In this document: one piece after another, positions 19,661 to 30,522 of the stretch
Position numbering within the stretch: position 1 is the first letter of the stretch
How the letters are laid out: each line of letters opens with the position of its first letter
Assembly: GCA_963814375.1 (NCBI GenBank)
Contig: CAWFCQ010000004.1
Span: 352,001-416,000, forward strand
Origin: an uncultured Chloroflexia bacterium
GTDB taxonomy: Bacteria; Chloroflexota; Limnocylindria; QHBO01
Length of the DNA stretch: 64,000 nt
Direction of reading: 5' to 3'
Translations under genes and position numbers: made by a program
The notes under the pieces: generated by a model
Database searches by the model: none
Seen by the model: the letters and a program-made list of their open reading frames with translations, nothing else
What the model was told of the DNA's origin: nothing

Positions 19661-20593
19661 TCAGCGCCGGGGTGATGTGCCGAGACGCCGACGTGCCTCG
19701 GCCTCGTCCGCCTTCATCTGAGCGACCAGGGCATCTGCCGATTCGAACCGCCGCTCCTCCCGCAGGCGAGCGTCGAGCTCGACGGTGAGCGTCGTGCCAT
19801 ACAGGTCTCCGTCCCAATCGAGGAGGTAGACCTCGACGAGAACGCGGCCCTCGTCGTGGAAGGTCGGCCGCACCCCCACGCTGACGAGCGCAGGGTGATC
19901 CGGGCCGACCGACCGGTCAGGGACGGCCACGCGGCCCAGGTAGATTCCCAATGCCGGGAGCGCGGGCGCGTAGGCGAACTCGAGGTTGGCTGTGGGAAAT
20001 CCGAGCTCCCTCCCCCGCCGGTCGCCGTGGATCACGACGCCGCGAAGCAACGGCGCCGCGCCGAGCAGCGCGGCGGCCCTCTCGACATCGCCGCTCGTGA
20101 GCAGCTCACGGATGCGCGAGGACGAAACGGTGGCGCCCTCGACGACGAGCGGCTCGACGGCGATCGCGTCGAAGCCGCGCGCGGCGCCGATCTCCCCCAC
20201 CCGCTCGAGCGTGCCGCTCCGCGCGCGCCCGAAGGCGCTGTCCGGCGTCATGACGACGCCGCGAAGGTCGATTCCGGGTGCGAGGGCGTCGAGGAACGCC
20301 TCCGGCTCCATCGCGCGCACCCGGTCATCGAACCCAACCTCGATGGCACGGTCCAGCCCGGCTACCATCAGTCGCGACAGGGTGACCTCGGGCGGGAGGA
20401 GTCGCGGCACGCGGGTGTCGGGCCGGATGATCTCGTCCGGATGCGGGCTGAAGACGATCCCGACCGCCTGCGCCCGACGTTCGACCGCGGCGGCGCGCGT
20501 GGCCTCGACGACGTGACGGTGGCCGCGGTGAACTCCGTCGAAGACGCCGAGCGCCACCACCGATGGCCCGATGTTCGGGACGGATATCGTCAC
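19661..20593 (-). CDS. ribF: Bifunctional riboflavin kinase/FAD synthetase
   Basis: GVFDGVHRGH, SSSRIR, GRELGFPTAN, GVRPTF, LREERRF. Confidence 0.93.
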   Translation of the reverse strand: MTISVPNIGPSVVALGVFDGVHRGHRHVVEATRAAAVERRAQAVGIVFSPHPDEIIRPDTRVPRLLPPEVTLSRLMVAGLDRAIEVGFDDRVRAMEPEAFLDALAPGIDLRGVVMTPDSAFGRARSGTLERVGEIGAARGFDAIAVEPLVVEGATVSSSRIRELLTSGDVERAAALLGAAPLLRGVVIHGDRRGRELGFPTANLEFAYAPALPALGIYLGRVAVPDRSVGPDHPALVSVGVRPTFHDEGRVLVEVYLLDWDGDLYGTTLTVELDARLREERRFESADALVAQMKADEAEARRRLGTSPRR

Positions 20594-21480
20594 CGCGCCG
20601 CCTCCGTGGTCAGCACCTTCTCGGGACGAAGCCAGCCGCCGACCAGCGAGCCGACCCCCAGGAGTCCGGTCGCGGCGAAGACCTTGACGCGGCCGTCGGC
20701 GTCGAGGCTCGCCATCGGCTGCTGCGTCCCATGGACGAAGCGCCACGCGGCGTCCTCCTCGAGGGTGATCGACGGAAGGGTGAGGAGGTCGCCGACCGGC
20801 AGGATCGTCTCGGCAAGCCGTCCCTCGCCGGCCATCGACTCGAGCTCGGAAGGCGTGACGCCGTCGTCCACGCGCAGCCCGGCCGCCTCGGTACGTCGCA
20901 GGGCGTGAAGGTGACCACCGCAGCCGAGCCGCTCGCCGAGGTCCCTGGCGATCGAGCGGATGTACGTCCCCGGCCCGCAGCGGATGTCGAGCTGCACGTC
21001 CACGCGGTCCTCGTCGTTGTCGATTCCCAGCAGGTCGATCCGATCCACCGTGACGGTGCGGGGCGCAAGCTCGACCGGCTCGCCTGCACGCGCAGCGCGG
21101 TAGGCGGGACGCCCGGCGACCTTGCGAGCGCTGAAGCTCGGCGGCAGCTGGTCGAATGTGCCGACGAAGCTCTCCAGGGCGTCCCGGACCGCCGACTCTG
21201 ATGGGGGCGGCGCGCCGGTGAGCGTGAGCGGGCCCTGGGCGTCGTCGGTTGCCGAGCGCTCACCCAGGCGCACGACGGCCTCGTATCGCTTGCGGCCCCC
21301 GGTCAGCTCCTCGCTGAACCGGGTCGCCTGCCCCACCAGGATCGGCAGGACGCCGGACGCCAGCGGATCGAGTGTCCCTGCATGGCCGATCCGACGCGTC
21401 CCCGTGAGACGGCGCAGGAGCCCGACCATGTCGTGGCTGGTGGGACCGACCGGCTTGTCGAGGTTAACGACCCCGAGCAT
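20590..21480 (-). CDS. truB: tRNA pseudouridine(55) synthase
   Basis: DKPVGPTSHD, GHAGTLDPLASG, GTYIRSIARDLG, LRRT. Confidence 0.95.
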   Translation of the reverse strand: MLGVVNLDKPVGPTSHDMVGLLRRLTGTRRIGHAGTLDPLASGVLPILVGQATRFSEELTGGRKRYEAVVRLGERSATDDAQGPLTLTGAPPPSESAVRDALESFVGTFDQLPPSFSARKVAGRPAYRAARAGEPVELAPRTVTVDRIDLLGIDNDEDRVDVQLDIRCGPGTYIRSIARDLGERLGCGGHLHALRRTEAAGLRVDDGVTPSELESMAGEGRLAETILPVGDLLTLPSITLEEDAAWRFVHGTQQPMASLDADGRVKVFAATGLLGVGSLVGGWLRPEKVLTTEAAR

Positions 21481-22447
21481 CGGCACGCTCGAGCTCGCGC
21501 ACGCACTCTGCCAGCACGCGATCCCGCGCGTCATCGAGCCGCGCGTCGACGGTGCACCCTGCCGCACGAGCGTGGCCGCCCCCACCGAAGGCCGAGGTGA
21601 TCGCCACCGCATCGGCGCGCGCGGAGGTGCGGACGCTGACGCGGGTCTGGACCTCGGTCGCCTGCTTGAAGAGGAGCGTGACGTCCGCCGCCTTCGTGGA
21701 GGCGAGCAGGTCGATGAACCCCTCGCCGGCGACCGGATCGGTCCCGGTCTCCGACAGCATCCCCAGGGTCATGGCGGCGTGGACGATCCGGCCGTCATGC
21801 AGCTCGGCGGCACCGGCCAGGATGCGGCCCCACAGCGCGAGCGTGCTGAAGGGCTTGTCGGCATAGATGGCGCGGTGGATCGCCGAGAGTGGCGCGCCGG
21901 CCTCGACCAGGTCGGCGGTCACGCGCAGGGTGCGGGGCGTGGCATTCGGGTGCGCGAACGTGTGCGTGTCCTGCACGATCCCCGCGGTGAGGACGCTCGC
22001 GATGTCGTGGTCGATCTCGATGCCCAGGTCGGGCAGCAGCATGGCCACCATCTCGCACGTTGCCGCCGCGTCGGGGTCCACCCAGGCCACCGCGGCTTCC
22101 CCACCGTCGTTCGAGACGTGGTGGTCGATGTTCACGATGCGTGCGCGGCCGAGCCACTCGGCCGCCTCAATCGCCACCGCGCCGGTGCGCGACGGCGGCC
22201 CGTCGACGACGACGGCGACGTCCGGCTCGAGCGCGGGGCGCGTGCGTACCTCGGCGGCGTGCGGGAGGTGGGCGAGCGATGGCGGCACGGGGTCGGCGGC
22301 GACGACCTCCGCCTGCTTTCCCAGCCGCTCCGCGGCCATCCGAAGGGCGAGGGCGGCCCCGAGTGTGTCGGCATCCGGGTTCTCGTGGCAGATGGCGGTG
22401 ATCCGGCTGGCATCACGGAGCGCGGCGACCACCGCCTCGCGGCTCAC
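21464..22447 (-). CDS. nrnA: DHH/DHHA1 phosphoesterase (nanoRNase/pAp phosphatase)
   Basis: HENPDADTLG, IDHH, GGGGHARAAG; located between rbfA and truB. Confidence 0.9.
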   Translation of the reverse strand: MSREAVVAALRDASRITAICHENPDADTLGAALALRMAAERLGKQAEVVAADPVPPSLAHLPHAAEVRTRPALEPDVAVVVDGPPSRTGAVAIEAAEWLGRARIVNIDHHVSNDGGEAAVAWVDPDAAATCEMVAMLLPDLGIEIDHDIASVLTAGIVQDTHTFAHPNATPRTLRVTADLVEAGAPLSAIHRAIYADKPFSTLALWGRILAGAAELHDGRIVHAAMTLGMLSETGTDPVAGEGFIDLLASTKAADVTLLFKQATEVQTRVSVRTSARADAVAITSAFGGGGHARAAGCTVDARLDDARDRVLAECVRELERADARGR

Positions 22448-22797
22448 GGCTCGCTGCCCTCGGTCTCGAGCTCGTTGAGGATGCGCAGCACGCGGTCGCC
22501 CGCCTCGATCGAGTCGTCGTGGCGGATGACCAGCTGCGGGATGTGGCGCAGGCTCAGTCGTTGCGCGAGCTGGCGGCGAAGCCACGGAGCGGCATCGGTC
22601 AGTGCGGCAAGCGCCGCCTTCTGCTCCTCCGCGCTGCCAAGCACGCTGACCCAGACCCGGGCGCTCCCCAGGTCGCGAGCCGTCTCGACGCGCGTGACGG
22701 TCGCGAACCCGACGCGCGGGTCCTTCATCTCGCGCTGGAACAGCTCCATCAGCTCGGCGCGGATCTGGCTGTCCAGCCGATTCGTGCGGTCGCTCAT
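22444..22797 (-). CDS. rbfA: Ribosome-binding factor A
   Basis: KDPRVGFATVTRVE.ARDL, LRHIPQL, DDSIE. Confidence 0.95.
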   Translation of the reverse strand: MSDRTNRLDSQIRAELMELFQREMKDPRVGFATVTRVETARDLGSARVWVSVLGSAEEQKAALAALTDAAPWLRRQLAQRLSLRHIPQLVIRHDDSIEAGDRVLRILNELETEGSEP

Positions 22798-22803
22798 CTG
22801 CGG

Positions 22804-24708
22804 CTAGGCCTGCTCGGCCACCATCTGGTAGCACTCGATGACGTCGCCCTCGGCGATGTCCTCGGCGTCGAGACCGATGCCGCACTCGAGATTGGTCGCC
22901 ACCTCGCGGACGTCGTCCTTGAACCGCTTCAGCGATGTGATGCGGGTGTCGGCCAGCAGCTCCCCGCCTCGGAAGAGGCGCGCCTGACCGCCGCGCACGA
23001 TCCGGCCATCGGTCACGTACGAGCCGGCGATGTTCCCGGCCTTCCCGGCCTTGATGATCATGCGCACCTCGGCGTGGCCCTCGACCTGCTCGACCAGCTT
23101 CGGCTCGAGGAGGCCGGACAGCGCCAGGCCGATGTCATCGGTGAGCTTGTAGATGACGTCGTAGAGGCGAACGTCGATGCCGGTCGTCTCGACCAGCCGC
23201 TGGGCACCCGGGTCGAGCTTCGTGTTGAAGCCGATGACGACCGCCTCGGACGCCGATGCCAGGTTGATGTCGCTTTCGTTGATGTCCCCTGCGCCCTCGC
23301 GCAGGATGTTGATCCGGACCTCGGTCGTGTTCAGGCGTTCGAGGGCGTGGCGGATCGCGCCGAGCGAGCCCTGCACGTCGGTCTTGAGCACGACCCGCAG
23401 CTCGGCGACCTCGCTGGCCTGGATGGCGGCGCTGATCTCCTCGAGGCTACTGACCGCGCGACCGTCTCCGGCGACTCCGGCCGTCGCCGTCGTCTCGGCC
23501 GCGTCACGGGCGGTTTTCTCGTCCGCGACGACCCGGAGGATGTCGCCGGCCTCGGGCAGGCCCTGGAGGCCGATGATCTCGACCGCCGTCGCCGGCTCGG
23601 CCTGCTTGACGCGCTTGCCGGCGGCGTTGTTCAGGGCGCGGACGCGGCCATACGTGCGACCCACGCTGACGACCTGGCCGACGGCGAGCGTTCCGGTCTG
23701 GACGAGGACGGTGGCCACGTTGCCGCGGCCCTTGTCCACCTTCGACTCGACGATCGTCCCGATCGCCTCGCGGTCCGGGTTGGCCTTGAGGTCCTGGAGG
23801 TCGGCGACGAGGAGCACCATCTCCATCAGGTCGTCGATCCCGGTGCGCTGCTTGGCGCTGACCGCGACGGCGATGATGTCGCCGCCGTACTCCTCGATCA
23901 GGACCTTGTTGTCGGCGAGCTCCTGCTTCACCCGGTCCGGGTTGGCGTCGGGCTTGTCGACCTTGTTGATCGCCACGATCATCGGAACGCGCGCCGCCCG
24001 GACGTGGTCGATCGCCTCCTTCGTCTGTGGCATGACGCCGTCATCGGCGGCCACGACGATGATCGCGATGTCGGTGACCTGGGCGCCACGCGCTCGCATC
24101 GCGGTGAAGGCCTCGTGGCCCGGCGTGTCGAGGAAGACGATGCGCTTGCCGTTGTGGTCGACCTCGGACGCGCCGATGTGCTGGGTGATGCCGCCGCTCT
24201 CGCCGGAGGCGACCTTCGTCTCGCGAATGGCGTCGAGCAGGCTCGTCTTGCCGTGGTCGACGTGGCCCATGACGGTGACGATCGGCGCGCGGGCGACGAG
24301 CTTGGTGGGATCATCATCGGTCCACAGCACGCGCTTGCCATCGCCATTAGCACTCGCGCCCGGGGCCACGAGATCCTGTCCGGCGGCCTCCTCGGCGGCG
24401 GCGCGCTCCGCGACGCCCCGCTCGGTCGTCTCGAAGCCGAGCTCGCCCGCCACGAGCGAGGCGGTGTCGAAGTCGATCGACTGGTTGACGGTGGCGAAGA
24501 TGCCGTTGCGGATGAGGACGTTGATGATCTCCGACGGGGTCACCCCCAGCGTCTCGGCCATGTCCTTGACCGCGACCGGGTTGGGCAGCTCGACCGGGCC
24601 CTCCGGCCTGACGGGCGCCGTCTCGGTGGCGACGCTCCCGGGGCGGGGCCCGGTGCGCTTGCGCTGCGGCCGTGGGCCGCGACGCGGGCGATATCTACTT
24701 GGGGGCAT
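22804..24708 (-). CDS. infB: Translation initiation factor IF-2
   Basis: [41 protein letters not shown]. Confidence 0.97.
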   Translation of the reverse strand: MPPSRYRPRRGPRPQRKRTGPRPGSVATETAPVRPEGPVELPNPVAVKDMAETLGVTPSEIINVLIRNGIFATVNQSIDFDTASLVAGELGFETTERGVAERAAAEEAAGQDLVAPGASANGDGKRVLWTDDDPTKLVARAPIVTVMGHVDHGKTSLLDAIRETKVASGESGGITQHIGASEVDHNGKRIVFLDTPGHEAFTAMRARGAQVTDIAIIVVAADDGVMPQTKEAIDHVRAARVPMIVAINKVDKPDANPDRVKQELADNKVLIEEYGGDIIAVAVSAKQRTGIDDLMEMVLLVADLQDLKANPDREAIGTIVESKVDKGRGNVATVLVQTGTLAVGQVVSVGRTYGRVRALNNAAGKRVKQAEPATAVEIIGLQGLPEAGDILRVVADEKTARDAAETTATAGVAGDGRAVSSLEEISAAIQASEVAELRVVLKTDVQGSLGAIRHALERLNTTEVRINILREGAGDINESDINLASASEAVVIGFNTKLDPGAQRLVETTGIDVRLYDVIYKLTDDIGLALSGLLEPKLVEQVEGHAEVRMIIKAGKAGNIAGSYVTDGRIVRGGQARLFRGGELLADTRITSLKRFKDDVREVATNLECGIGLDAEDIAEGDVIECYQMVAEQA

Positions 24709-24967
24709 GGTTCACCTCGAATTCGAGCGCTCCAGGCGCGGGATCGGCCCCGAGCGCCCGTCTGACGGCCGCTGCGGCTCGTTCGGAGTCGCGGCAGCCA
24801 GGTTCGTTGCAGATATAGGTTCCCCGGCCCGGCATGCGGCCCGTCTCGTCACGGACCACCTGCCCATCGGCGCCGCGCACGATCCGGGTCATCTCGCGCT
24901 TGGGATGCGAGGTTCGGCAGACGGCGCAGCTCCGGGTCGGGACGTGATCAGGTCGTCGCTTCGGCAT
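24695..24967 (-). CDS. ylxR: YlxR/RnpM family RNA-binding protein
   Basis: P.RSCAVCR..HPK, GRGTYIC...C; located between nusA and infB. Confidence 0.9.
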   Translation of the reverse strand: MPKRRPDHVPTRSCAVCRTSHPKREMTRIVRGADGQVVRDETGRMPGRGTYICNEPGCRDSERAAAAVRRALGADPAPGALEFEVNHAPK

Positions 24968-26075
24968 CTGCCGGCGCCTCCGCGACCGGCTCGTGCTCGC
25001 CATGCTCGCCGCCGGCAGCAGCCGTCGCGACTCCGGCCTCCGAGCGGATGTCGATCCGCCATCCGGTGAGCTTGGCGGCGAGCCGGGCATTCTGGCCCTC
25101 CTTGCCGATGGCCAGGCTGAGCTGCCGCTCCGGCACGATCACGTTGGCGATCTTGTGCTCCTCGTCGATCCGAACGCTGAGCACCTCGGCGGGACTGAGC
25201 GCCTCGGCGACGAAGCGGCCGGGATCCTCGTCCCACAGGACGATGTCGACCTTCTCGCCGTTGAGCTCGGCCACGATCGACTGGATCCGCGCGCCGCGCT
25301 GTCCGACGGCGGCGCCCTTGGCGTCGACGCCGGTCTGGCGGCTCTCGACCGCAACCTTGGAGCGGCTGCCCGCCTCGCGGGCGATGCCACGGATCACGAC
25401 CGTGCCGTTGTAGATCTCGGGGATCTCCATCTCCATCAGGCGTCGCAGGAATCCGCGATGGGTGCGGCTGGCGACGATCACCGGGCCGCGCGTCGTACGG
25501 CGCACTTCCATCACGTACACCTTGAGATGCTGGCCGATGCGGTAGGTCTCGCTCGGCAGCTGCTCGGTGACCGCGAGGACCGCCTCGACGTCCTTGCCCA
25601 TGTCGAGCACGACCGCCGACTCGGTCGTGCGCTGCACGTTGCCGGTCATGATCTCGCCCTCGCGGGCGGCGTATTGCTGGAAGACCACGTCACGCTGCGC
25701 CTCGCGGAGGCGCTGGCGGTACACCTGGCCGGCGGTCTGGGCTGCAATGCGTCCGAGCTGCGCCTGGGTCACGTTCTCCGGAATGCGCACCTTGCCACCG
25801 ACACCGGTCGTCGGATCGATCTTCTGTGCGTCCTGGACGATCATCTGGAGCTCGGGGTCCTCGATCTCCTCCTCCGTGGCCATCACGTCGTACTCGCGGG
25901 CGACGCTGATCTCGCCGCTCTCGGGGTCGACGGTGACGACAACGTTCTCGGGCGCATCGGCATTTCGGCGATACGCCGATTCGATCGCCTGCTCGAGCGT
26001 CTGGATCAGGATCTCCTGCGGGACGCCCTTTTCGGCATTCAGTTGGAGCAGCGCCCCGATGAAGTCTCGATTCAT
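24948..26075 (-). CDS. nusA: Transcription termination/antitermination factor NusA
   Basis: [42 protein letters not shown]. Confidence 0.97.
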   Translation of the reverse strand: MNRDFIGALLQLNAEKGVPQEILIQTLEQAIESAYRRNADAPENVVVTVDPESGEISVAREYDVMATEEEIEDPELQMIVQDAQKIDPTTGVGGKVRIPENVTQAQLGRIAAQTAGQVYRQRLREAQRDVVFQQYAAREGEIMTGNVQRTTESAVVLDMGKDVEAVLAVTEQLPSETYRIGQHLKVYVMEVRRTTRGPVIVASRTHRGFLRRLMEMEIPEIYNGTVVIRGIAREAGSRSKVAVESRQTGVDAKGAAVGQRGARIQSIVAELNGEKVDIVLWDEDPGRFVAEALSPAEVLSVRIDEEHKIANVIVPERQLSLAIGKEGQNARLAAKLTGWRIDIRSEAGVATAAAGGEHGEHEPVAEAPADAEATT

Positions 26076-26113
26076 TGGTCGCTCCTCGCTGCGCCCGCTA
26101 CGACGATCCGGGA

Positions 26114-26149
26114 CAAACAAAGACGTGGGAGGCGAACCGACCCACGTCT
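26114..26149 (-). terminator. Terminator-like hairpin in the nusA 5' leader
   Basis: Minus strand AGACGTGGG...CCCACGTCT followed by TTGTTTG; TATACT -10 at 26204-26209 upstream. Confidence 0.6.
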
Positions 26150-26738
26150 CAGGCACTCAGTTCAATATTCATGGTTCGCAATTGGCCGGTCGAACCGTGC
26201 GGAAGTATACCGGATCGCCCCCCAACCCGCCACCGGCGGGGTGTCTCATCGTGGCTCGGGCAGGTCCTCCACAGGCGCGGTGGTCTGCCGTGGGCGGTGG
26301 TGAATGAGGTCCGGAGGGTTCCCTCCGTCGCGTGCGACGCGACCTCCGGGCCTCTAACCGCAGCTAATGGGTCGCAAGCCCTAAGCCGCTCGAGCTCCTC
26401 GCGGCGAAAACGTCACCACGGTCCCTGGCGACACCGTCGCCCTCGGCAGCGCTGGGACGGCGGCGATTGATGCTGGGGGTGCCGTTGTGGCTGGGACGGC
26501 CGACAGGGCCTTTGCGGCGGCCGGTCGCTGGACTTTGAATGCGCTTGAGAGCATGAGACCGTTGAGTAACCTCGGATGAAAGCAAGGGCCCCGCGATAGG
26601 TACGCGCCTACGCCGGGAGGCCTTATGAAGTGGTGGCGCGTACTGACGAGAGCATCGTGGAGCGCCATTCAGCCGCGGTTTCGCTCACGTTAAGGTCGCA
26701 CCACCAGATGCTTGGTCATGCCGGCCAGCGGGCCATGC

Positions 26739-27341
26739 CTAGTCGAGGTGCCCGAGTCGGAAGAAGTGGGTGTCTCCGGCGCCCACGCCGACGACGAGCT
26801 CGCCGGCCGCGATCGCGTCTTCTGATATCGGGAACACCATCCAGCCCTCGGCAACCGGTGCCGAGGGATCGACCGCATCTGATGTACCAGTGAGCGACGG
26901 CACAGGCCATTCCCTCTCATCGAAACCGCATGGATGCTGGCTAATCGCTAACCCGGCCTCGCTATTGGCCTCATCGGTCAACACCCAGAATCCGGTCTGC
27001 ACCGAGTCGGAAACGCCTTCGACGAGCTCCAGGCGGATCTTGACCGTCACGAATCGTTCGTCGGGATCGGCGCAGTTGCTGTCGAGAACAGGGAGGATGT
27101 TCCAGCGGGCGAAGTCGAGGACCGTCACGGTGAATCCCTGGCCGGGGATCTCGACCGTTTCGCCGATGGTCGGCAGGCTGTCCAGGTCGTGGGGGGTTCG
27201 TGAGTCGGTCCCTTCGGCGGTCGGCGACGCCAGCGAGGTGCCGACCGTCGCAAATGTCGTCGACTCCGTCACGCCGGCGCATCCGGTCAGCAGCACCAGA
27301 AACAAGCCGACCAGGCCGATGCTGGATGCACGCTTCGGCAT
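26739..27341 (-). CDS. Putative lipoprotein (DUF4352-like Ig fold)
   Basis: Signal peptide with LTGC lipobox, Ser/Thr linker, IGETV...VTV...FVTVKI...GWMVF.I pattern. Confidence 0.65.
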   Translation of the reverse strand: MPKRASSIGLVGLFLVLLTGCAGVTESTTFATVGTSLASPTAEGTDSRTPHDLDSLPTIGETVEIPGQGFTVTVLDFARWNILPVLDSNCADPDERFVTVKIRLELVEGVSDSVQTGFWVLTDEANSEAGLAISQHPCGFDEREWPVPSLTGTSDAVDPSAPVAEGWMVFPISEDAIAAGELVVGVGAGDTHFFRLGHLD

Positions 27342-27360
27342 GTCGACCTCCCATATCGGC

Positions 27361-28488
27361 TTAACCGCCGATCAGCCTCTGGATGTCCTGGATGCTGATC
27401 AGGATGACGAGGGCAATGAGCACCGCGAAGCCGGTGAGGTAGATGAGCGCCTCGCGCTCCGCCGGCATCTTGCGGCGCCGGACCGCCTCGAGCATGACGA
27501 CGGCGATGCGTCCCCCGTCAAGCGGCGGGAATGGGAGCACGTTGAGGACGGCGAGGTTGACCGACAGCAGCCCCACGAAGAGAAGCTGGCTCACCAGCGG
27601 CGCCTCGAGCACGCGACCGGTCTCCTGGGCGATGCCGATCGGCCCGCGCGCATCGGGGGCGTCGTTGTTGAGACCGAGCAGGCCGCCGACGGCGTCGGCG
27701 AGGCCGCCGGGGATCTGGATGGCGAGCGCCCATGCCGTTGTCACGCCCCGGCCGATGGCGTCGATCGGCCCGGTGACGGTCGATGGCGTCTCGATCGTTC
27801 GTTCGGGGTCGTACCCGAATCCAACCGGGCCGATCCCCTGCTGGACCTGTTCCTCGGTCAGGATCCGTGGCTCGACCTCGACGTCGATCGGCTCTCCGTC
27901 GCGAACGACCTGGAGCACGACCAGCGCCCCGGCATGGTCGGCGATGTACGCCGTCAGGTCGCGCGAGCGCTCGAATGTCTGCCCGTCGACGCCAGTGATG
28001 ACGTCGCCGATGGCGAGATTGGCGTCGGCCGCGGGGCTGCCGGCCTGGACCTCGTTGACCGTGAGCGGACCCTCTCCGACGAGCACCGGCATGCTGTACG
28101 CGATCGCGAAGAGCGCAGCGGCCAGGACGAAGTTCATCGCCACGCCCGCAAGCAGGACGCCGACGCGGATCCAGACCGGCCGACGGTTGAAGGCGCCCGC
28201 CATCGCATCCTCGACCTCGGCATCGGTCATCCCCTGCTCGCGCAGCCGCTTGATCTCGACGTCACCATCCTCGCCGAGCATGCGCACGAACCCGCCGAGC
28301 GGGATCCAGTTCAGGCTGTAACGCGTCCCGCGCCACGTGACCGAGGCGATCCGCGGCGGAAACCCGATCCCGAACTCCTCGACCGTGATGCCCGACCGCT
28401 TGGCCGCGACGAAGTGGCCGAGCTCGTGCACGAGCACGAGGACGACGAGGATGCCGATGAAGGCCGCGACCGTGCCGAGAACTTCCAT
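27361..28488 (-). CDS. rseP: Site-2 (M50) metalloprotease with PDZ domain
   Basis: HELGH, IPLGGFVRM, AGVAMN, NVLPFPPLDGG. Confidence 0.93.
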   Translation of the reverse strand: MEVLGTVAAFIGILVVLVLVHELGHFVAAKRSGITVEEFGIGFPPRIASVTWRGTRYSLNWIPLGGFVRMLGEDGDVEIKRLREQGMTDAEVEDAMAGAFNRRPVWIRVGVLLAGVAMNFVLAAALFAIAYSMPVLVGEGPLTVNEVQAGSPAADANLAIGDVITGVDGQTFERSRDLTAYIADHAGALVVLQVVRDGEPIDVEVEPRILTEEQVQQGIGPVGFGYDPERTIETPSTVTGPIDAIGRGVTTAWALAIQIPGGLADAVGGLLGLNNDAPDARGPIGIAQETGRVLEAPLVSQLLFVGLLSVNLAVLNVLPFPPLDGGRIAVVMLEAVRRRKMPAEREALIYLTGFAVLIALVILISIQDIQRLIGG

Positions 28489-29621
28489 CAGCCGATCTCG
28501 TCCGCCAGGACGCGGCGCACTTCGGCGTCGAGGTCGATGATCCGATCCAGGCTCGGCTCCTCATCGTCGCCCCAGCGCTCGACGGCGGCGGTGATGGTGT
28601 CGCCGATGGCCGGGAAGCCGATGCGGCCGTCCAGGAACGCACCCACCGCGACCTCGTCAGCGGCGTTGAGCACGGTCCCGCGGTTGCCACCGGCATCCGC
28701 GGCGCTCCGGACCGCGTCGTAGGCGGGATAGGCTCCATCGGCCAGTGGCAGGAATTCGAGTGAGCCCCAATCCGTCGGCGTCGAGGCGGTCGCCGGCGAA
28801 GGCAGGCGCTCCGGATGCGTGATGGCGTATTGGATGGGGAGGCGCATGTCGGGCATGCCGAGCTGAGCCTTGTACGAGCCGTCCACGAACTCGACGAGCG
28901 AGTGCACGACGCTCTGGGGATGGATCACCGCGCCGAGTTTAGAGTAAGGAAGCCGATACAACCATTTGGCCTCGATGACTTCGAATGCCTTGTTCACGAG
29001 GGTCGCCGAGTCGACGGTGATCTTCGGACCCATCCGCCAGGTGGGGTGCGCCAGCGCCTCCTCCGGGGTGACCGATGCGAGCTCATCGGCGCTTCGTCCG
29101 CGAAATGGACCGCCGCTGGCGGTCAGGACCAGACGCGCGACGTCGGTGATCCGTTCCCCCGCCAGGCATTGCCAGATCGCCGAATGCTCGCTGTCGATCG
29201 GCCGCAGGCGATCGAGAGGATCGCCGCCGAGCTCGTCAAGCAATGCCGTCACGAGATGCCCGCCGACGATCAGCGTCTCCTTGTTGGCGAGCGCGACGCG
29301 ACGTCCGGCGTGCAGCGCCGCGAGGACGGCGGGCAGCGCGGCCATACCCGTCGTTGCGACCACCACGAGGTCGGCTCCGGCGTCCGTTGCCAGCTGCTCG
29401 AGGCCACCATCGGCCCAGCGCGCGTCCGCGATCTCTGCCGGTCGCTCCCCCGCCGTCCACGCCATGGCGTCCGGCCAGGAGGCGAGCTGCTCCGCGAAGG
29501 TGGGGCTGTAGCGGCCGGCGGCCAGGGCCCGGACGGCGTAGCGGTCGCCGAGCGCGGCGAGAACCTCGAGGGTCTGGCGCCCGATCGACCCGGTCGAGCC
29601 GAGGACCGCGACGCCGGTCAT
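28488..29621 (-). CDS. dxr: 1-deoxy-D-xylulose-5-phosphate reductoisomerase
   Basis: [42 protein letters not shown]. Confidence 0.96.
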   Translation of the reverse strand: MTGVAVLGSTGSIGRQTLEVLAALGDRYAVRALAAGRYSPTFAEQLASWPDAMAWTAGERPAEIADARWADGGLEQLATDAGADLVVVATTGMAALPAVLAALHAGRRVALANKETLIVGGHLVTALLDELGGDPLDRLRPIDSEHSAIWQCLAGERITDVARLVLTASGGPFRGRSADELASVTPEEALAHPTWRMGPKITVDSATLVNKAFEVIEAKWLYRLPYSKLGAVIHPQSVVHSLVEFVDGSYKAQLGMPDMRLPIQYAITHPERLPSPATASTPTDWGSLEFLPLADGAYPAYDAVRSAADAGGNRGTVLNAADEVAVGAFLDGRIGFPAIGDTITAAVERWGDDEEPSLDRIIDLDAEVRRVLADEIG

Positions 29622-30518
29622 GCCACGCGGCCGGCGACCAGGAGCGCGTAGCCCGCCAGCACCGGCGCGGCAAAGAGGAACGAGTCGATGCGGTCGAGGA
29701 TGCCGCCGTGCCCCGGCACGAGGAACCCCGACTCCTTGCGATCGGCGGCCCGCTTCAGCATCGACTCGGCCAGGTCACCCGACCTGCGCGGCGATGCCCA
29801 CCACCGGCCCGATGATGAGCGGGTGCCACAGCTCGAGGCCGATCAGGTACGCCCCGATCATGGCACCCACCGTTCCCGCGACGAGACCGCCCGCAAACCC
29901 CTCCATCGTCTTGGCCGGGCTGATGTGCTCGATGAGCTTGTGCCGGCCGAAGCTGCGGCCGACCAGGTACGCGCCGATGTCGTAGCCCCACACGATGAGC
30001 AGCAGCATGAGCGTCCAGCCCGGCCCGGAGCCGATGCCGAACGGGCCGACCGGCGTCGTGGGCGACCCGCCCGCGGGGGCCAGGTGCCCGACGAGGACGA
30101 TGGCCGGCAGCAGGAGGCCGATGTACGCGATCCCGAACGAGCTCATCGACCAGGTGACGAATCCGGCGCGCGGATCGGCGCGGGTGAACGCCGCGCCCGC
30201 GAGGATGATCATCGCGCCGATCAGGGTCGCCGACACGAGCCCCGGTGGGTCGAGGGACGACAGCAGCGTCGAGAGCAGCCCACCGACATTCGCGGCGTGG
30301 GCGCTGACCAGGCCGGCGCCCACGAGGGCGAGGCCGATGAGCATGACCAGGACCTGCGGAGGCTCGTAGCCGGCGGCGTCGAGCAATGCCACGACCTCGA
30401 CGAAGGCGAGAAACGCGACGACGCCGATGAGAAGCGACAGCCATGGCTCGCCGAGAATGACGGCCGCGAGCACGACCGGGGAGAGGATCGCCGCGGTGAT
30501 GACTCGCGTTCGCAGCAT
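29618..30518 (-). CDS. cdsA: Phosphatidate cytidylyltransferase, with an apparent +1 frameshift near 29779
   Basis: ISPAKTMEG in one frame; [30 protein letters not shown] in the shifted frame, ending in an ATGA overlap with dxr. Confidence 0.9.
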
Positions 30519-30522
30519 CCGA

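Noticed and set aside
26330-26385. Resemblance to a c-di-GMP-I riboswitch (GACGC..CCTCCGG.CCT..AACC)
   Set aside because: Lacks the GCAAA/GAAA P2 elements, and no + strand gene lies downstream
26381-26668. 95-aa - strand ORF in the nusA-lipoprotein spacer
   Set aside because: No recognisable family, RBS or host-like codon pattern; left unannotated
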